The notes: generated from the letters alone by a model not told the origin. Positions 1-15,180 are shown, numbered from the stretch's first letter. The stretch is 64,000 nt of DNA from Octopus vulgaris (GCA_951406725.2 OX597828.1:29946001-30010000), one strand, 5' to 3'. Numbers and translations: made by a program.

Positions 1-1771
1 AAATGCTTCACAAATTCGTACTCACGGCGTTGTGTAGTGTATTTTTGTAGTGTAGTTATGTCATGTTGCCATCGCATTCCAGATATTTCTGGGCGATTGA
101 ATATCGATTTAGGGGCTGTGGATACCTGGTGGTGGATCATAATTCCAGTGTAACGTACATGGAAGTTTGAGCATGACAGAGATATATCATTTTTGAGGCG
201 ATGTTCATCGCTGTTGAAGCAGAATTCTGGTGCATTGCAGATATAATGGTGTCAAGATAACTTGTAATTGTGACAAAAATATACCACTTAGTCGAAGAAG
301 GAAAGACAATGCTCTTCTCAATGCCTTCAAGATTGCTGGGAGGAAGGATTATCGTCTGAGTGGTGTCCATACACGAATACTTGCAATACTGACAAAACAC
401 CGACTATTGTGAAGCATTCAAAATATGTCCACCTCCCCAAAACAAGAACAGTTCATCTGATACGTAACCAATACGGTTACCGTCTACTAAATTTTCCTCG
501 TAAGTAATTATTTGAATCGCGGCTGTAACAGAAAATAAAGTCGATAGTGATAAACAGTGGAATAGAAACCCCAAACCTCTAAACTTCCCTGAGACAATTT
601 TGTATGATTGAGCTTTATGTTACGGGGAAAGTTTCGCCAGTGTTGTAGCAAACTTTGGTGCGTTTGTTTCAAAAGTGTATTGGGGTAGATATTTTGATTG
701 GCTTAGTATAGAGTTGTTAAGGTAGTGGAACATGGAGACGGCATACATTTCAGGTGCACTTTCATCGGAATAATATACAGAAGTAACATATGTATATTTG
801 TGAGTATACAGTTCATGGTGTGTTTTTGAGACTAAGATTCTTGCAAGTTACTTCTCTTTGTAGTTTCTAGATCTAGTGAAACTTCATATCCTACCCAACA
901 ACACCCTCATTATAGGATGAAACAATTTTACCCTTATTAGTATATGAAACTCTTTTTAATCAAATATTTCAGTAAAGCGTGTAACTTATAATTTTTAATA
1001 ATTTCATAGCAATGCAGCCAGTGAAATTTAAAGAAAAAAGTATTATTGCCAAGATATTTTCGATAATATATATCGAAGCCTAATCAATTAATTTAAAACA
1101 TAAATTGTAATATCACTTTAACTCAATACCCAAAAGTAAATACTTGAGAATTTCAAACGAAATTTCCCTCTTGCTTGTTATCATCATACGCAGTAATACG
1201 TGTGGTAGCGATATCAGAGACGGCAATAATCATACTTCCAATCATATGCTCTCTTAGCTCAGTTACAATAATTTTTGGTTTGATTCGTGTTAGATGTCTG
1301 CAAAGTAAATTGTATTGATTTTTAACATTGGCACAATTCCACAAATTATGGAGAGCTTATTATCCATGAAATCGATGAGTGTTTGATCAGTAATTATTTT
1401 ATCGATCCTTAAAAAATGAATGTCGATGTTGCCCTCAATGGAATTTGAACCCTTAATGTACAGAAAGTAGCTAAATATCATACGATAATTTTATTCGTTG
1501 CTCCATCAATTCTTTCAAATCATTGACCGTAACAGACAACTTATTTCAAAAACAAAATGTACCAAAACGAATATAATCTTTGAACAAATAAATGGCAGAT
1601 ATTTACATCACGTTCTCATGCGCTCCATTTTACAGAGAAAACACACTTACGAAATATAACAATGTTTGCCTTCTTCTGAATGTTTTACATTTTTGATTCT
1701 TCGTTATTTGTTAACGTCTGTCGTATGCACAGTTGCAAGTTAATTACCACGCTTACCTACGTGCTTATCTT

Positions 1772-1960
<189 letters not shown>

Positions 1961-2555
1961 ATGATTGTGTACGTGCTTTTCATTCTCGGCTACAAGGCGA
2001 CTGCACTTAAAGAAGATTTCTGGAGAACTGAATAAAGATCGAAACTAGTAATGACGAAGCCAGCGTCGTGCTGACGCTGAGTTCGGAAATGATTCACCAG
2101 AAGACTAAAGTTCTTTTTTAAACTTATAAAATACTTCGTCATATTATACTTATAATAATTTCCATGCTGTGTTGACGTATTAGTAACATCAGGAAATGTA
2201 GAAATGTATTTTGCGAGGCAATAGATGCTGAGATACATTTGTGATCAGCTTTTACAATATATTGCAAACAGTTTCAGACTATTCACCTGAAGGGCGTCAG
2301 TGTGCACTCATTCTGCTTGCTAGAAATAGGAGCCACATTTGTGTAAATCAGAATCTAGAGTCTCTGAAACGTAGGAAGCATTAGATATACTAAGATACAC
2401 TGCTGTGAATAAACTAACAGGTGATCAAGAATTACATACATTTTCTTAAAGGACTTTTCCATCGTTGCTGATATGGTACTAAGTAATAGCATAACAGATG
2501 CTAGTGAGAGGACAGAGAGTGTACTTCTGCACGGTCATTCAAACTGCTTAAAGTC

Positions 2556-3110
2556 GTAGCTAAAGGACCCTCAGATCAAAGTCAATTGTTTTATAGCAAA
2601 GAAAATATTGAATAAAGATATCTTAAGTAAAACAGATGACAAACAGAAGAAAGACAATTTTCTGTATATTATTTTGCTTCTGATTCCTCTTCTCTGATGC
2701 CGGAGTTTCTCACTGATAGCTTTTAGCTCCTGTTCGAGGGGGATTAGTTTGCAATTTAGCGTTCCCTTTTGCCATTTCATGGCATTAATTGTATCTGCTT
2801 CACATTTTGTTGGAGAGACGTATAGTACTTTGCTTGTTTGCAGGCTATAACAACATGGCGGATAAGCTTCCGGAAATCAGCAATTTTTTTCTAATATAAA
2901 ACCTATGATGTCACTATTTCATTTCTTTCTTTCTTTCTTTCTTTCTTTCTTTCATACTAATTGTAGCTAAACCGCCCTCAGATCAGAGTCAACTGTCCCA
3001 TAGAAAAGAAAACATTGAATAAAGTGATCTTAAGAAAAACAGATACCAAACAAAAAGGAAGACAACTCAGTGACGGGTGGAATGCGTTTTCAATAACAGG
3101 TCCGGGTTTT
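2556..3110 (+). repeat. two diverged copies of a ~105-bp interspersed repeat segment
   Basis: gtagctaaa...ccctcagatca.agtcaa.tgt...attgaataaag...cttaag.aaaacagat...gacaa occurs at ~2556-2658 and ~2963-3066. Related decayed pieces appear near 2315, 18300 and 36190-36300. Confidence 0.6.
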
Positions 3111-3636
3111 AGGTAGAAGTACGTTATGTTATACGTCTTTCGCTTTTTTTAATACCGTTGAGTGTGTGATTTGATGGAAACTTGAGTATTTCTGGAAGGG
3201 TAGTGACTTCACAGGTTCATGATTAAATGTTGACATTTCAGCCTTTACATCAACGACCTTTATTCAACCTTAAGTTTCGGCAACCCATCTATATTGATTG
3301 GCCACATCGATCTTCCCTTCACTAAGCCATCGATAGACTACTTCATAAATAACTGAGGTTTCTAAGTGTTTGTTTATCGTTTACATGTCAAAGTTTGGCA
3401 ACTTAAATAACTGACCTGAAAGATCACCTGTCCAGTTTAAAAAGCATGTAAGGGCGCCTCAACTGCTCATGTTCTGTTCTCTCCAACAGGGAATCTTTGT
3501 GATATTCCGAACTACTTAAAGAGTGTCGAATTTCCCTTAAAATGCCTCCTAGTATTTTAAAGGATGAAATTCATGCTGTATGGTATGGTTTACTACACAC
3601 TATCTGAAAAAATGTTACAATCACGGCTGAACATAA

Positions 3637-3689
3637 TCTGCCCCAAAACAGGAGACTAAAAATTCTGCCCCAAAACAGGAGACTAAAAA
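3637..3689. repeat. 27-bp-period tandem duplication
   Basis: tctgccccaaaacaggagactaaaaa starts at both 3637 and 3664. Confidence 0.9.
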
Positions 3690-3893
3690 AAAAGCCCAAC
3701 AATACCAAGAACAGCACCAAAGACAGTAATAATGATATTCGGAATTGTTATTTGTTAATTAATTACTCAAGAAAGAGACAATTCGAATGAGCTTCTCTTA
3801 CATAGATAAAGCGTGTTTTTGAATACTGTTTGGATGCAATTACGGTACCGCTTGGTGAAAGTCAGTTAAATATATACTGAGTCATTGTTTTAT

Positions 3894-4235
3894 GTGAAGG
3901 CGCGTGGCTCAGTGGTTAGAGCGTCGAGCTTACGATCGTGAGGTTGTGAGCGCGAATCCCGGACCGGGCTGCGTGTTGTGTTCTTGAGCAAGACACTTTA
4001 TTTCACGTTGCTCCAGTTCACTCAGCTGTAGAAACGAGTTGCGACGTCACAGGTGCCAAGCTGTATCGGCCCTTGCCTTTCCCTTGGACAACATCGGTGA
4101 CGTGGAGAGAGGAGGCCGGTATACATGGGCGACTGCTGGTCGTCCATAAAAAAACAACCTTGCCCAGACTTGTGCTTCAGAGGGTAAGTCTCTAGGTGCA
4201 AACCCATGGTCAGTGTCGTGACCGAAGGGGGTCAC
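3894..4235 (+). mobile_element. full-length tRNA-derived SINE with CORE-like domain
   Basis: Pol III A box (tggctcagtggtt), B-box-like gcgcgaatccc and CORE-like tgtgttcttgagcaagacacttt...ctcagctgtagaaa. An 11-bp TSD cattgttttat lies at 3883-3893 and 4236-4246. Confidence 0.9.
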
Positions 4236-5534
4236 CATTGTTTTATATTGTTATATAGAAAACCTGTTCGTTAGTAAGCATTTCATCGATCTCAACGCCC
4301 ATTGTTAGGATTATAGTGGAGTCACAAGTTCCAAAACTATATTACATAATTAAATCTGGCGAAAATACCCAGATACACTTTACACAGGGAAAGCACATGG
4401 TAATATGGTTAATGTAAAGGGCAAAAAGTTTAATTAAAAACAAAGCGTCTGTTGAAGAAAATGATTCATTAAGGTAATGATAAAATTGTGATTAAGACAA
4501 AAAAAACTCAACATTTCAAGGTAAGTTAAAAATAGAACGTACCAAACGGGGTGGGGCTGGGGTGTGAATTTGCTCTTTGTAATTTAATCGATAATTCAAG
4601 TTATGTTTTATTCTTTAGCGACTTTGTATGATTCAATTACAGTAAAATTCTGTATCCATTAGCTCCAATTAGTTTTCAGGAAGTAAATCCGTGTACGTCT
4701 CTGATATAGCAAACTTGGTTATTTCGAGTTTGTAAATTTGGTTCGTTTCTTATAATATTTAGTGCAAATAAATAATTATTTGAAGGAAGTGAAATCTGTT
4801 GCAAACAACGCCTCCAAACACACAAAGAAAAGAAAATAACGAATCAATAATGTTAAAACCTGGCAAAAGAATTTCTGTTGAAGCTTTATGTGGTGTCACT
4901 CAGTGTAATATGTTACAATGGAAGAAACGAAACAATAAATTGTATTCTGTTATAAACACAGGAAAATTCATACAAAATATTTTGAGTTGTATTTAATACA
5001 GCAAACTAAATGAAAAATAATAGTATGCGACTAGCATAATGATAATAACATTCAGCATCACACCACCACAATGATAACTAAACCCACAACAAAGGAATAA
5101 TCGTAAAGATAAGAACAAGAAAAGAAAAACGCACGGTAATAAAATAGTCTTTATCGGAATTGGTTAGGAATAATAAAGATCTAAGGGAAAGAGAATTACG
5201 TGTACGAAAATCAAATCACGCCCAAAATATCATTATGATAATAGTGAAGGTGGACATTAGATTTAGAGGCAAGAGGAATAATAGCAAGAAGAAGAACCTG
5301 AGACGCACTCCGGTACGTACAAACAGAATGGAGAATGAATCGACTTAGGAGTGCAAACAATGTGCGTTTTCTTTCAAACTGATTGACTGGAATAAAGACT
5401 CTATTATTCAATCAATCAATTTTCAAGGTGCATATTCTTATTGGATTCGAGTAATTTGTACCAAGTATGATAATGATTGTTTCCAAAATCTGTAGTAGTG
5501 TAATAGTGCGTGTTTAACGTCCCCTCTCTCTCTC

Positions 5535-5611
<77 letters not shown>

Positions 5612-6304
5612 GGGTTTGTGTATATGTGTGTCTGTATGTATGTTGAGAGAAAGGGTGGGGAAAAAGAGAATGGTGTTTAGAGGTGGAATATTGGCGAAGG
5701 CAAAGAATTACGTTGGTTAAATTAGTTATAACTGCAGAATTGGAGACGCCTAACTCAGTTATATACAGCTACTATCTCAATAAGAAGTGTCAAACGCAAA
5801 TTAAAGTGCATTTAAAGGAGCTGGGTAGTCACGGCTAAGTAGATGGAAAGCGTCATAACCGAATTATCTGAGAAATATAGAATGGCGGAAACCTAGTCCC
5901 AACATTTCCAGAATTAGCAATATTTCATTGAACCTTTTGCTTTCGACATAACATTCTGATAATCAAAGTACATTCAGGGTAACGTAACACAGTGCTGGAA
6001 AATTGCTAATTAATCTGTTCATCAGAAAAATTCTGTTCTCCTTATATATATAATTATATTGCTCGAATTTAATAGTTAGATAGTGTTTCTGTTAAATTGA
6101 AAACATTTCATTACGAGGCAAACTAGCAGGCAATTGTGAAATGCGCCATGTTTGAACTACGGCAATCTATTGCAGTAAGAACTCTATAATTATCGGAAAA
6201 TAGCGAAACGTTACATTGCTGTTAACTGTTCGCCTGTTGCCCTATCTTTCTCACTACACATATTTACACCCACACACCCATATACATACAGAGGCTTATA
6301 TATG

Positions 6305-6358
<54 letters not shown>

Positions 6359-6390
6359 CTTATATGTATATATATATATATAAGTATATA

Positions 6391-6436
<46 letters not shown>

Positions 6437-6497
6437 AGTATATATAAATATATTTATAGGTATATAACGGTCATTTTCATAGCATTTTTGTTTGTCT

Positions 6498-6548
6498 TAA
6501 TAACCGAGGAGATGCCTGAGCAGACATGCGAAACTCTGAGTTTTATTA
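6498..6548 (+). ncRNA. type I hammerhead ribozyme-like motif (core variant CCGAGGA) in a ~120-bp insert within a TA-rich array
   Basis: Stem I taataa/ttatta, core ccgagga, stem II atgcctg/cagacat, gaaa, stem III ctc-t-gag, site GUU. Confidence 0.6.
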
Positions 6549-6587
6549 TGGCAACCGACTAATCACATATTATATTATAGATATAAG

Positions 6588-6623
<36 letters not shown>

Positions 6624-6689
6624 TGTATGTATGTATGTATGTATGTATGTTTGTATGTATGTATATATATATATATATGTATGTATAGT

Positions 6690-7620
6690 CAAAATTGAGG
6701 ATGTTATTTCGTCATTAGGTATTTAAAAAATTCGGATATCAATTGTTGTTCTCTATTTAATACTTTTCTCTAAATAATAGAATGTATTTGTTAGTCCATT
6801 GACGTGCTAAATGATAATAATTATAATAACTTTCCTATAGAATACATTCTAAATTACTATTTCAGTATACAATATCGAATAAATTTCCCTCTTAACTATA
6901 ACTTTAAAATATTATAACCAACTTTTATTTCTTAATATCTTATGTCTTACATCCCAAATCAATTACGTATATTCCTATTTTAGTCCCAGTTTGTTATTTT
7001 TCCCTTGAAATATCTGTTCCTCTCTATACCCTTATTTGTTTCATCTCTCAATTTCCTTTAATAACTATAACAGCCTATATTCGACTTAAATGACTGCTTT
7101 ATGTCCCTTAACACCTATAACAGTATATTTTTCAAATGCATCAAAGTCCTACAGTGCGATTTCATTATATAATATCAACCCCCACACACTACCTCCGCGT
7201 CCTATCTTTCCTAACAAAGTATTGTTTATGTTATTTGAATATATGAAAATAAGTCCTCATCCATCTTACTTAGTTCGTTATTTACCACCAACATGTAAGC
7301 ATTAGCCCTGATGAAATCCGGTCATACTCTGGGGTTCTTTTCCATCTAACATGGTTCGAATCGTGATGATCCGAACCAATGTCCACCTAGTGGCTGAACT
7401 GAAACACGTGTAGGCATCTTTTATGCTTATTTCTTATGTTGATTCTGATTCTTTGAATCTTATTTGTATTACATCCGAATCAGCATTATCCTTTCTCGTT
7501 TTGGGAAGCCTAATTTCTCAAGAATAGTATTTAGGCAGTGTATTACATATCCCAGGGCCCTAATAATTACAGGTATAAACCTGAACTTGTAATCTGGATA
7601 GAATAACTGCGGTAACTGTA
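6690..7620 (+). mobile_element. probable Penelope-like element 3' remnant with pseudo-LTR
   Basis: Unique segment between (ATGT)n arrays that carries a canonical hammerhead at 7296-7429. The PLE assignment is inferred from the ribozyme. Confidence 0.45.
7296..7429 (+). ncRNA. type I hammerhead ribozyme motif with extended stem II
   Basis: Stem I gcc/ggc extended by taagcat/atgctta. CTGATGA at 7308-7314, GAAA at 7401-7404, palindromic stem III cacgtg, site GUA. An internal hairpin tggttcgaatc/gatccgaacca lies within stem II. Confidence 0.75.
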
Positions 7621-9030
7621 GGTATGTATGTATGTATGTATGTATGTATTTATACGTGTATGTATGTATGTATGTATGTATGCATGTATGTGTGTGTTTG
7701 TGTATGGTTGAGTTGCTGTTGTCTGAGTAATACAATGCAACGATGAAAGGCTTTTTGGCCTTTATCACCATCTCTTCGTCTCACAATGATTCTATCAGCA
7801 TAGCTGTTGTGGAAGTTGTCAGTGGTGGACAGTACCTTTCTAAGTCCCATCTACAGATCTCATCAAGTGTCCAGTCCCATATCCCAAAAGTTGGTACTAA
7901 CACTGGCGCTGGAAAAGCATTGTGGAATATCGTCCATACAGACAGCTCTGTCTTCCATATTTTTAGGGAGCCGGCACAAGTCCTCATTTGTTATTGTTAC
8001 ATGTCCTTTTACAAAATACAAATTATAACGTTGATCCTTATGACCCTAAAATTCATGTTTTTAAAACAGGATTTTATGATAGAGCATGCTCTCATGAAAT
8101 TTAAAAGTGTAAATTGTAATATCTAAAGTTGAGCCATTTTCCTTCAGTGTTTAAAGAATATAAACATATATACAAAAATAAAATCGTGAATGAATAGGTG
8201 CCAGCTTGATGACAAACATAAAGCCAGTAGATAACAAAATCTGGTATACTATAGTGTTCGTCAATCAATCCTCATAGTCTTTTGTCCCACGCAAATTCTA
8301 CTGAAGTATATAAAGATATTGTAAGCTCTTCTCCTGGTGGTGATTTAAACAATCGAAGTTTTGAAATTACTTCCCTAAATTCAGTAGAAATTCCAATTAG
8401 CCGTCTTGTTAATAGACTGGACGCCCCGCTTCAGTGGAACACCGAAATCTTAATTTGTTTTCAACTGTTAAAAGATTCCATGTGAGGTCACTTAACTGCT
8501 ACCAGATTCCTCTAGTTTTGCCTAGCATAGGCAGCTCTTTGTTGGCTGCCTTCGGTTGATAACAAATATATAGAGATGGTTGTAGAAGTAGAGATGGACG
8601 AAAGGGGAAAATATACAACGGGAAAACGGAATAGAAAAATAAATTAAAAATGAAATTCAATATATTTTGAACGTTTTTCAAATTTAAAATAATTACTCTG
8701 GTTTAAAAACAAAAAAAAAAAATACCTCCCTCTTCCATTCCCTTCTACTTAAAATTTTCCGTCTCGATTTCCCCTTCCTCCTTTTTACCTTTAATTTGTC
8801 CCTTTAACTATCACATCTGAGCAAATTAATTTAATTATCCCTTATATTTATCTTCCCCAGTAATTAAATTTTACAAATTGTACAAATAATGTTTCCAAAC
8901 TTTCTTATACCATTTGAGGTCTTGTATTCGAATATTCAAAGTTGTACATGAAATTGCAACGACACAGTTCCTATTCGAAACTATAAAATCAAAATCAAAG
9001 CGTGAGAGAAAGAGAGGGAGAAGAGAGAAT

Positions 9031-9036
<6 letters not shown>

Positions 9037-9096
<60 letters not shown>
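9037..9096. repeat. (GA)n microsatellite
   Basis: Direct inspection. Confidence 0.97.
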
Positions 9097-9102
<6 letters not shown>

Positions 9103-10207
9103 TAAGATGAGATGAGATTACTGTGTATTCGATGCTGAACTGTCTCAGTCTTACTTCTAGCCACCATAAAAGATTTGATCTAAAGCTTCGTAGAAGTCAA
9201 TACAGGTAAAATAGCAATCTCAGATTTCTTGGATAGATTACTAATGTTAATTATCTACTCATGATTTTCTCACCTTAGATTGAAATCTGTTTTGGTCTCC
9301 GAGAATATTTATTTTGTATTTCCTGGTGAATCTCTCTGACAGAGCACTTTGCATTACTTTGAGTGAGGAATTTGTGTGATACTTCGCTTGTCGCTATTTA
9401 ACCCGGGGAATTGATCAGTTGTTCCCCTATAACATTTAAGAACTGCATTGTTACCTTTAATTAATCTGAAGCTAACGCATGTTTTTTTTTTTAATTAAGC
9501 AACGTAATCTTGCAGCTGTTTTGAATATTGCAGCGACATATTTAATTTTTAGCTTAACTTGAATCATAAAAGCTGGATTATCTTCCATAATCCACATGGC
9601 ACCTCATCATCTTGCAAGCGTTTGGAACGGAAGTCAGATCATTCTTGAAATACACTCCTGAATCGCAGACAATGGAATAATTTGGAAACCACCTGGAGAC
9701 CATTGAAATAATTTACTAATAGCATTTGCTACCTGATAATATTAACTTGTTTTCTTTCGTTGTAATTTCAATTAGCTGCCTCTCGAGAATCGGCAGTTTA
9801 TTGGCTTCCACAGTCATGCTATAGCAGGACAAAGAGAAGACAGACTGAAACGAAGTAACGTTGATTGTTAGTGTTTGATTGGAGAGAGTGTCTGTTTAAA
9901 AGAATTCGCTTCTGACAATAAAGCATAAGAAATGAAGTGCTATTTTCAATTGTCGACGCCACAGCATCGCTGGAATATTGATACTAATTTTATCTTAACA
10001 TTATTTTTTGGCTTTACATTATGAAGGTTTGCACTCAAGACCTTCATGCTTTTCGAATAGAGAGGCCTTACTGAACTTAGATTTTTGTTAGCGTAAACTG
10101 TGAGTGACATGTGTACCCAATTTGCAAATTTCAAGCGAATGCTGTGATCAGTATCGAACACTAATAGAAAAAAATGCATATCATCTGTGTGACTGATGTC
10201 ACAGACA

Positions 10208-10254
<47 letters not shown>

Positions 10255-11534
10255 GTTAAAAGGCCTGAGTAGCAAAAGACCTATTAAATTAATGTATGTC
10301 TGCGCATTGCAAATTACTTGAATTACTGCCAATTTTCGGTAGGTTCAATGTAAGCGAAATATTCACTGAAATAATCTCTCTCTTATCTGACATGTATAAA
10401 GACAAAAATAAAGGTGGCGATTCGTGAGATTGTTTTGTCTCCTGAGAATTCTCTGCGTGTAATGTAATGCCAAATGTGCTATTAGGTCTACATAAGTATA
10501 GCGCGTTTTTTCCCCTTTGTATGATAACACACCAACTATAAGCTCTTTAAACAATTCTAGTTCAGCCAATTAGTGACCGAGACAATAAAAAATGAACGAA
10601 AAGAGATGAAAAACAAGGAAGGTCATTAGTTTATTTCCCGACAAAAGTGAGGTTATGTAGATCTGAGTAAATAACAAGTAGTTCAATACTCGTGCAAGGA
10701 AAAATTAAATTCTCTTTAATGCACAGGAGGATATAATTACCTATTCAAATTAACATCAGTGTGACAAGAGATTAGCCTGTATCTGTATCTGGTAGAACCT
10801 GTGTATTTTGGAAGTCATAGGTAATCATTTTGTAATCATTCACTTTAGCACTATTCAATTATCTCGTCATATAAACGAGTTATTTTCATCTATATGAATA
10901 ATAAAATTTGATGGTTTAAGCAGAGGAAGAAGTAAGGCGCTCAAGAGCATTTGTTGTGATTCTGGAACTGGTAAGGTGAATGTAGAAATTATGACCAAAG
11001 AGCTTGCGTAAATGCTCGTATCATTCATGATTGCATGAATAAAGTTTCCCAATGCGCAGGTAGCGTTGTTTAATGTCTATAACCCTAAAATATAACTGTT
11101 TGGAGGTAGTTTATGTATGTATATATATTTATTTTATCGGATGAATTCATTGTTGGACTGCGTTCATGCTGTAACACAATGAACGTTGAAATAAAATACC
11201 TAAAATACCTCAGATATATACCCAAAACATATTTTCTTTACGCAAATTTACGTATTGCTGAACGCTGTAGAAGACTCATTTTTGGTCCGAAGTAACTCGA
11301 GTGATATACTCTGTGTTTCACTAAATTTTAGGTGAGTAACCTAAGCCAGTTGCTGCTGCAGTTCATTAGTCCTGCATAAAAAGACTATGAATATCATTCT
11401 GCGACATCACTTTGCATTAAGTATCAATTTCCATATTTAAAAAGAATTGATTCTTGAGGCCTCAGAACCATCGTGGGCCATCCAACATGGGAAATTATTA
11501 GTAGGAAATTTTACAAATATCTGAACATCTACCG

Positions 11535-11862
11535 CATCGGTTCTCAAAGTGGGCGCTACCGCCCCCAGTGGGCGTTGAGACGGTCCAGGTGGGCGCTAGT
11601 GCCTAAGGGGACGACGTTTGGCGGTAGAGAAAAAGGAGGCGTTGGGAGGAATGCAGTGGATTGGGGGACGCTATGAATTTATTATAATATTATTATAGTA
11701 TTGTGTACAAATTATATAATATATTAAATATCAAATGATTCATAGTATATATAAATTAGTAAAATATAAATATTTATTTATACATAAAAATAGGAGTGGT
11801 GTCACTGAGTGTATTATGTGGCCACGTGGCGGGCGGTGGCCTAAAAAGTTTGAGAACCTCTG
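11535..11862. mobile_element. non-autonomous hAT (Charlie-type) MITE
   Basis: TIRs catcggttctcaaa / tttgagaacctctg, GC-rich subterminal gggcg motifs and an AT-rich centre. The 8-bp flanks atctaccg/atataaca are only a degenerate TSD. Confidence 0.75.
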
Positions 11863-11937
11863 ATATAACATATCAAATTACTGCTTTCGTATTGAGGCAT
11901 TAATCGTATTATGCATATTTTTATTTTTGGGTTTTTT

Positions 11938-12350
11938 AGGAGTCGAGCAGAAGAATCGTGGCCGACCCAGGCAACATAAAGGTATTTCTTCCTGTTCTTT
12001 ACATTTGTAGTTCAAATTCTGCCGTGCTCAACTTTATTTAATGAACCCCTATAGAATTGGGAGTGGGGTGTCAATGTTAACTAGATTGTTAATCAAGCAC
12101 TGGGTCCAATGCAATCGACTATCTCGCTCTCGATAAGACAGCTGGCTTTATGTCAAAATTGAAGATATTGCTTCTTCTAAGGCGGTGAAGTATCGGAATC
12201 GTTACCGCGTCGGTCAAAATGCTTAACATTTTCTTCCGTCTTTTAAGGTCGATCAAATAAATTCAAGTTGAGTACCTGGATCGAGATAATCGGCTTGATT
12301 CCTCCTTCTAAAAGTGTTGTCCTTGTGCCAAATTTAGGATGAGTTATCAA
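11938..12350 (+). mobile_element. two decayed Meta-domain-type SINE copies in tandem
   Basis: Similar to the 43747 copy: aaggcgg...aatcgtta...aaatgctta, gttcaaattctgccg, gtcgat...ccttgtgccaaa. Confidence 0.6.
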
Positions 12351-13804
12351 TACTTTACCTAATGGAATCTCATTCCAAAACTTACCCAGCAGAGCCTATA
12401 TATTAGTTGACTACGTCTGTGACATCTCGCGTACTGTTTCCTGCGGTGGCTGGAATCAGATACAGCTTACAGTTTGAGAATTTTAAACGACATAGAGACA
12501 AGAAAGAATTTGGACTCATGAACGACCAGCCTGTCGGCAAACGCTTTTGTCGACACGCTGGAATATAGCAGCGTAAGAACAAGTGGATATTTTGTAAACA
12601 AAAATGTACTTAAGCGGATATTTTTTCTACTTGATCAGTTAAAGAAGTATATCTTCAGAATTTGAATTAAAAAACTACTATAGAGGCGTTCAATAAATTA
12701 TTCAGGTTTTATTTGTTTTTTATCGATCACCTTTCATTGCCGGCAGTAGCGGGATATGATTTATAACGGCTTGTCTAAATCAATATTGTATGAGCACACA
12801 CAAAAGCACACACATCAAACGTGTATATACATACATACACACATACGCGCACTCATATAAATGTATATATATATATATATAAACACTACAAACGTATATC
12901 TATTATATATGTATGCGTGTATTCTTTTGTAAATGACATGCGCACTTGTGTATGTAGATAGCGGAATACATACAAAAGATTTCGAACTCATAAAGGAAAC
13001 ACATTCCATAGAAGTACAAATTCCCGTATACGTACATAAACGTAAGCACGCATGCGCACACACATATAAAAGCATTTGTGTGTGTGAAACTAAAGATGTT
13101 TATTTCTATAAGCTTATGATTATACATATACATACATACATAAATACATACATATATACATAGATTCATATAAATATACATGTGTGTATGTGTGTGTGTG
13201 TATGTATTTAGCTACGGGTATATGAATATACGAATATGTGTACTTTGTAACGAACGATATGTGCATACATCAATCTGAGTATCAAAAAGAAAGCAGAAAA
13301 TACGTTTCTTTGTATAATATATGACTTGATCAATTTACGCAATATCATTGAATGGGAAACGTCTTTTTTTCTCGTATCAGGTTTAAAATATGCTAAAATG
13401 GATTTATATTGTATTACATATACGAAACATGTAAAACAAAAATTATAATATACAATAAAACATCACCAAATATATTTATTTGAAGATAAAATAATAGGAG
13501 ACAGCAGAGGAAGAGATGCAGGTGTATTGGTCTTTGGCAACGAGGATATATGTGAAACACACACACACATATATGCATGCAAACCTACATACAAGTATGC
13601 ATACATCCATGCGTACATCTATACATACATATATACATCCATGAATAGATACATACATATATATGTTTGCATGTATGTGTGTGTGAAATACTATATATGA
13701 TCTACCTGTTTATGTACATATACACACACACTAAATACATACATACGTTAATATTTATATACGTATATGTATATACATGTCTCTTTATTAGCCACACAGT
13801 AGCT

Positions 13805-14035
<231 letters not shown>

Positions 14036-14399
14036 CTTAAGTGATATTAAAAAAGACCAACTTGCCTAAATATTGTGCGTGTCTATGTGTTTGTGTTTGT
14101 CCAAACTTTTTGTTATTTATGTCAGAAATAAAAACTGAATTTTTCTACGTTAGCTGGTAATGTTCGAAGAATATGCTTTCAACATACACAACCTTGAAAC
14201 AAATATTATCATATTTATTCAGATTATACTGTTCAAGAATACGACACTCCAATTCATTTCTTATAACGAAACGCTTTGATTTTACTTTAAAATCCGAACA
14301 TTGTGAAATATCTGACATATGCGGCAGCGTGTTCCAGGAATTAGATGACAATCCTATAGCACAATGTTGGTGTGATCCAAATTTTGACACAGTGTCAGC

Positions 14400-14582
14400 A
14401 AGCTTAAGGGGATGGTTAAATCGATTATACCAACGCCATGGTGCAACTGGTACTTGTTTTATTGATTCCAAATGGATAAAATGAAAAGTAGATGAGGATT
14501 AGAACTCAAAGTGGGAAGACCGACATAATATCGCTCAGAATTTTGTCCGGCGTGTTAACGTTTCTTCCAGTTCATATCCTTA
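14400..14582 (-). mobile_element. decayed Meta-domain-type SINE
   Basis: Reverse complement matches the 43747 family (tcgatta..caacgcc..tgcaactggtactt; gaactc; ttttgtccggcgtgttaacgtttct). Confidence 0.6.
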
Positions 14583-14695
14583 AAATATATGCGTAAAATT
14601 ATGCACGCATATATACGTACAAATACATACACATGCATGCATGCACACACACATACACACACACACGCATATATTTAGCAAGCGGGAGAGTCAGT

Positions 14696-14739
<44 letters not shown>

Positions 14740-14947
14740 AAAGGGAAACGTTAAGGTTATCAACTTGATAAACGAAGAAACATATCAAAGGGAATTAAAT
14801 GTCTTTGGTGAGTGGAAAAATTAAGTATAAATTCAGGGATTCATTTTCATCGCCATTTTAAACCGCAGAAGAAAAACAAATTCATATCCATCTTCGAAAA
14901 AAAAAAGGATCATAAATGTTGCTTTGAAATGACAAGCTTCTAATATG

Positions 14948-14992
<45 letters not shown>

Positions 14993-15121
14993 TAGATATA
15001 CACACACACATTTATATTTATTCACACACAAACACACACACACACACACACACACAGACAAAGGCACACACACAAATATATATATACTCATATGTATACA
15101 TAGACACAGAGACACACACAC

Positions 15122-15180
<59 letters not shown>

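Noticed and set aside
1-460. Coding-like composition at the window start
   Set aside because: Short frames with no recognisable family.
1150-1500. Weak resemblance to Penelope RT-thumb/GIY-YIG on the minus strand
   Set aside because: Too degenerate to support by eye.
3897-3972. tRNA-like sequence (also at 32193-32265)
   Set aside because: It continues into a SINE body bounded by TSDs and lacks a proper acceptor stem, so it is a SINE head rather than a tRNA gene.
7743-8126. 127-aa ORF in moderately GC-rich unique sequence
   Set aside because: No recognisable motif in the frames examined. An exon cannot be excluded without BLASTX or RNA-seq.
8505-8550. Minus-strand gccta-tgc-taggc-aaaa-ctag resembling a hammerhead 3' half
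   Set aside because: Both core segments are mutated, so it is indistinguishable from chance.
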